Shown here: piece after piece, positions 63,451 to 64,000 of the stretch | Position numbering within the stretch: position 1 is the first letter of the stretch | Layout of the letters: each line of letters opens with the position of its first letter | Source: Dehalococcoidia bacterium | Lineage (GTDB): Bacteria > Chloroflexota > Dehalococcoidia > DSTF01 > JACRBR01 | Reading direction: 5' to 3' | DNA: 64,000 nt | NCBI GenBank assembly: GCA_038227375.1 | Contig: JBBRPY010000008.1 | Location: 4,178-68,177, forward strand | Program-made: the position numbers and the translations under genes | The notes under the pieces: model-generated | Told to the model about the DNA's origin: nothing | What the model saw: only the letters and a program-made list of their open reading frames with translations | Database searches by the model: none

Positions 63451-63713
63451 TGAGCGCGATGCGGCGCATGCTCGGTGGCGCTGATCTGACGCGCTATCGA
63501 GCGGACGAGCAACTCCGTTTCGCCGTGGAGCCCGCCGTGGAGATCATAGGGAAGCTGCGCGCCGCGTATCGCCCACCTTCCAGGCGGCATCCCGAGATCG
63601 CCTGGGCACGTATCATCGCCCAACGCAACGTGCTGGCCCACGAGTACGACGCGATCAACGACGCGCTGTTCTGGACGACGTTACGGAGCACGTGCCGGCG
63701 TTGCTTGTGCTGA
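63450..63713 (+). CDS. HepT-like (DUF86) RNase toxin
   Basis: Rx4HxY motif (RNVLAHEY) is present. The ATG overlaps the MNT stop (TGATG). It is shorter than typical HepT, so the N-terminus is possibly trimmed. Confidence 0.65.
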   Translation: MSAMRRMLGGADLTRYRADEQLRFAVEPAVEIIGKLRAAYRPPSRRHPEIAWARIIAQRNVLAHEYDAINDALFWTTLRSTCRRCLC

Positions 63714-63824
63714 TCGCCCCGTTGGTGCCGCCGACGCAGTGAGCCGGAGGCGCTGCTTGTTCGCGCGCGTGCTGCTGCCTATAGTGAAACGACGCACAAT
63801 GCGAGCGCCTGGAGCCGACGCTGC

Positions 63825-64000
63825 ATGCTTGACAACGAAGCGACGCTGGAGATTCAGCACCTGATCCGCGATTTCAAGCCTGCGGATGGGGACCTGCTGG
63901 GGGCGCTGCATGCGGTGCAGCATCGCTACGGCTACGTCCCGAAGATGGCGATCCGGGTCGTCGGCCGCCAGCTGCGGCTGAGCGAGGCGAAGGTGTACGG
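63825..64000 (+). CDS. nuoE: NADH-quinone oxidoreductase subunit E (24 kDa), 5' partial
   Basis: N-terminus LGALHAVQHRYGYVPKMAIRVVGRQLRLSEAKVYG matches the NuoE consensus. The ORF runs off the window end. GGAG lies 10 nt upstream. Confidence 0.8.
   Translation, partial: MLDNEATLEIQHLIRDFKPADGDLLGALHAVQHRYGYVPKMAIRVVGRQLRLSEAKVY

Overview
This is a 64 kb segment of a high-GC (roughly 65-70%) bacterial chromosome, densely coded on both strands. Many minus-strand neighbours are translationally coupled through 4-nt ATGA/GTGA overlaps. A paired DUF2298 'YYY' membrane protein and TIGR03663-like GT-C protein with NHL repeats, an F420-type LLM oxidoreductase, and scattered nuo genes suggest a Chloroflexi-like organism; this is inference. 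In order, the window holds an acyl-CoA/lipid catabolism cluster: M20 peptidase, 3-hydroxyacyl-CoA dehydrogenase, acyl-CoA dehydrogenase, CitE-like lyase, thiolase, a frameshifted P450, a diiron desaturase, VOC, SnoaL and acyl-CoA synthetase. It is followed by mfd with a tightly coupled downstream DUF488-DUF488-unknown operon. Next is a single-gene low-GC island (about 40% GC) encoding a CBM-like surface protein, flanked by an imperfect direct repeat, and then aroQ-(small Cys protein)-pepP-efp. Further along are a tandem-repeat protein co-operonic with a degenerate (NDDEF) GGDEF protein, and a dTDP-rhamnose/glycosyltransferase cell-envelope polysaccharide cluster (wecA-like, GT2, GT4, GT2, rmlD, rmlB, rmlA). 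These are followed by two family-III CoA-transferases, zur-znuCB without znuA, an L,D-transpeptidase, nuoB, an F420/FMN-type pair, nagB-like, thiE and ftsY. A four-gene glycosylation-like membrane module follows (a DUF2298 protein carrying an HPD-less J-like domain, a GT-C protein with NHL propeller, a flippase-like protein and an FAD oxidoreductase). Two adjacent toxin-antitoxin pairs (HigBA with a perfect 18-bp palindromic operator, and MNT/HepT) sit near the end, and the window closes on the start of nuoE. No rRNA or CRISPR arrays were found, and no convincing tRNA. Several very long ORFs in the supplied track are antisense artefacts of the high GC content.
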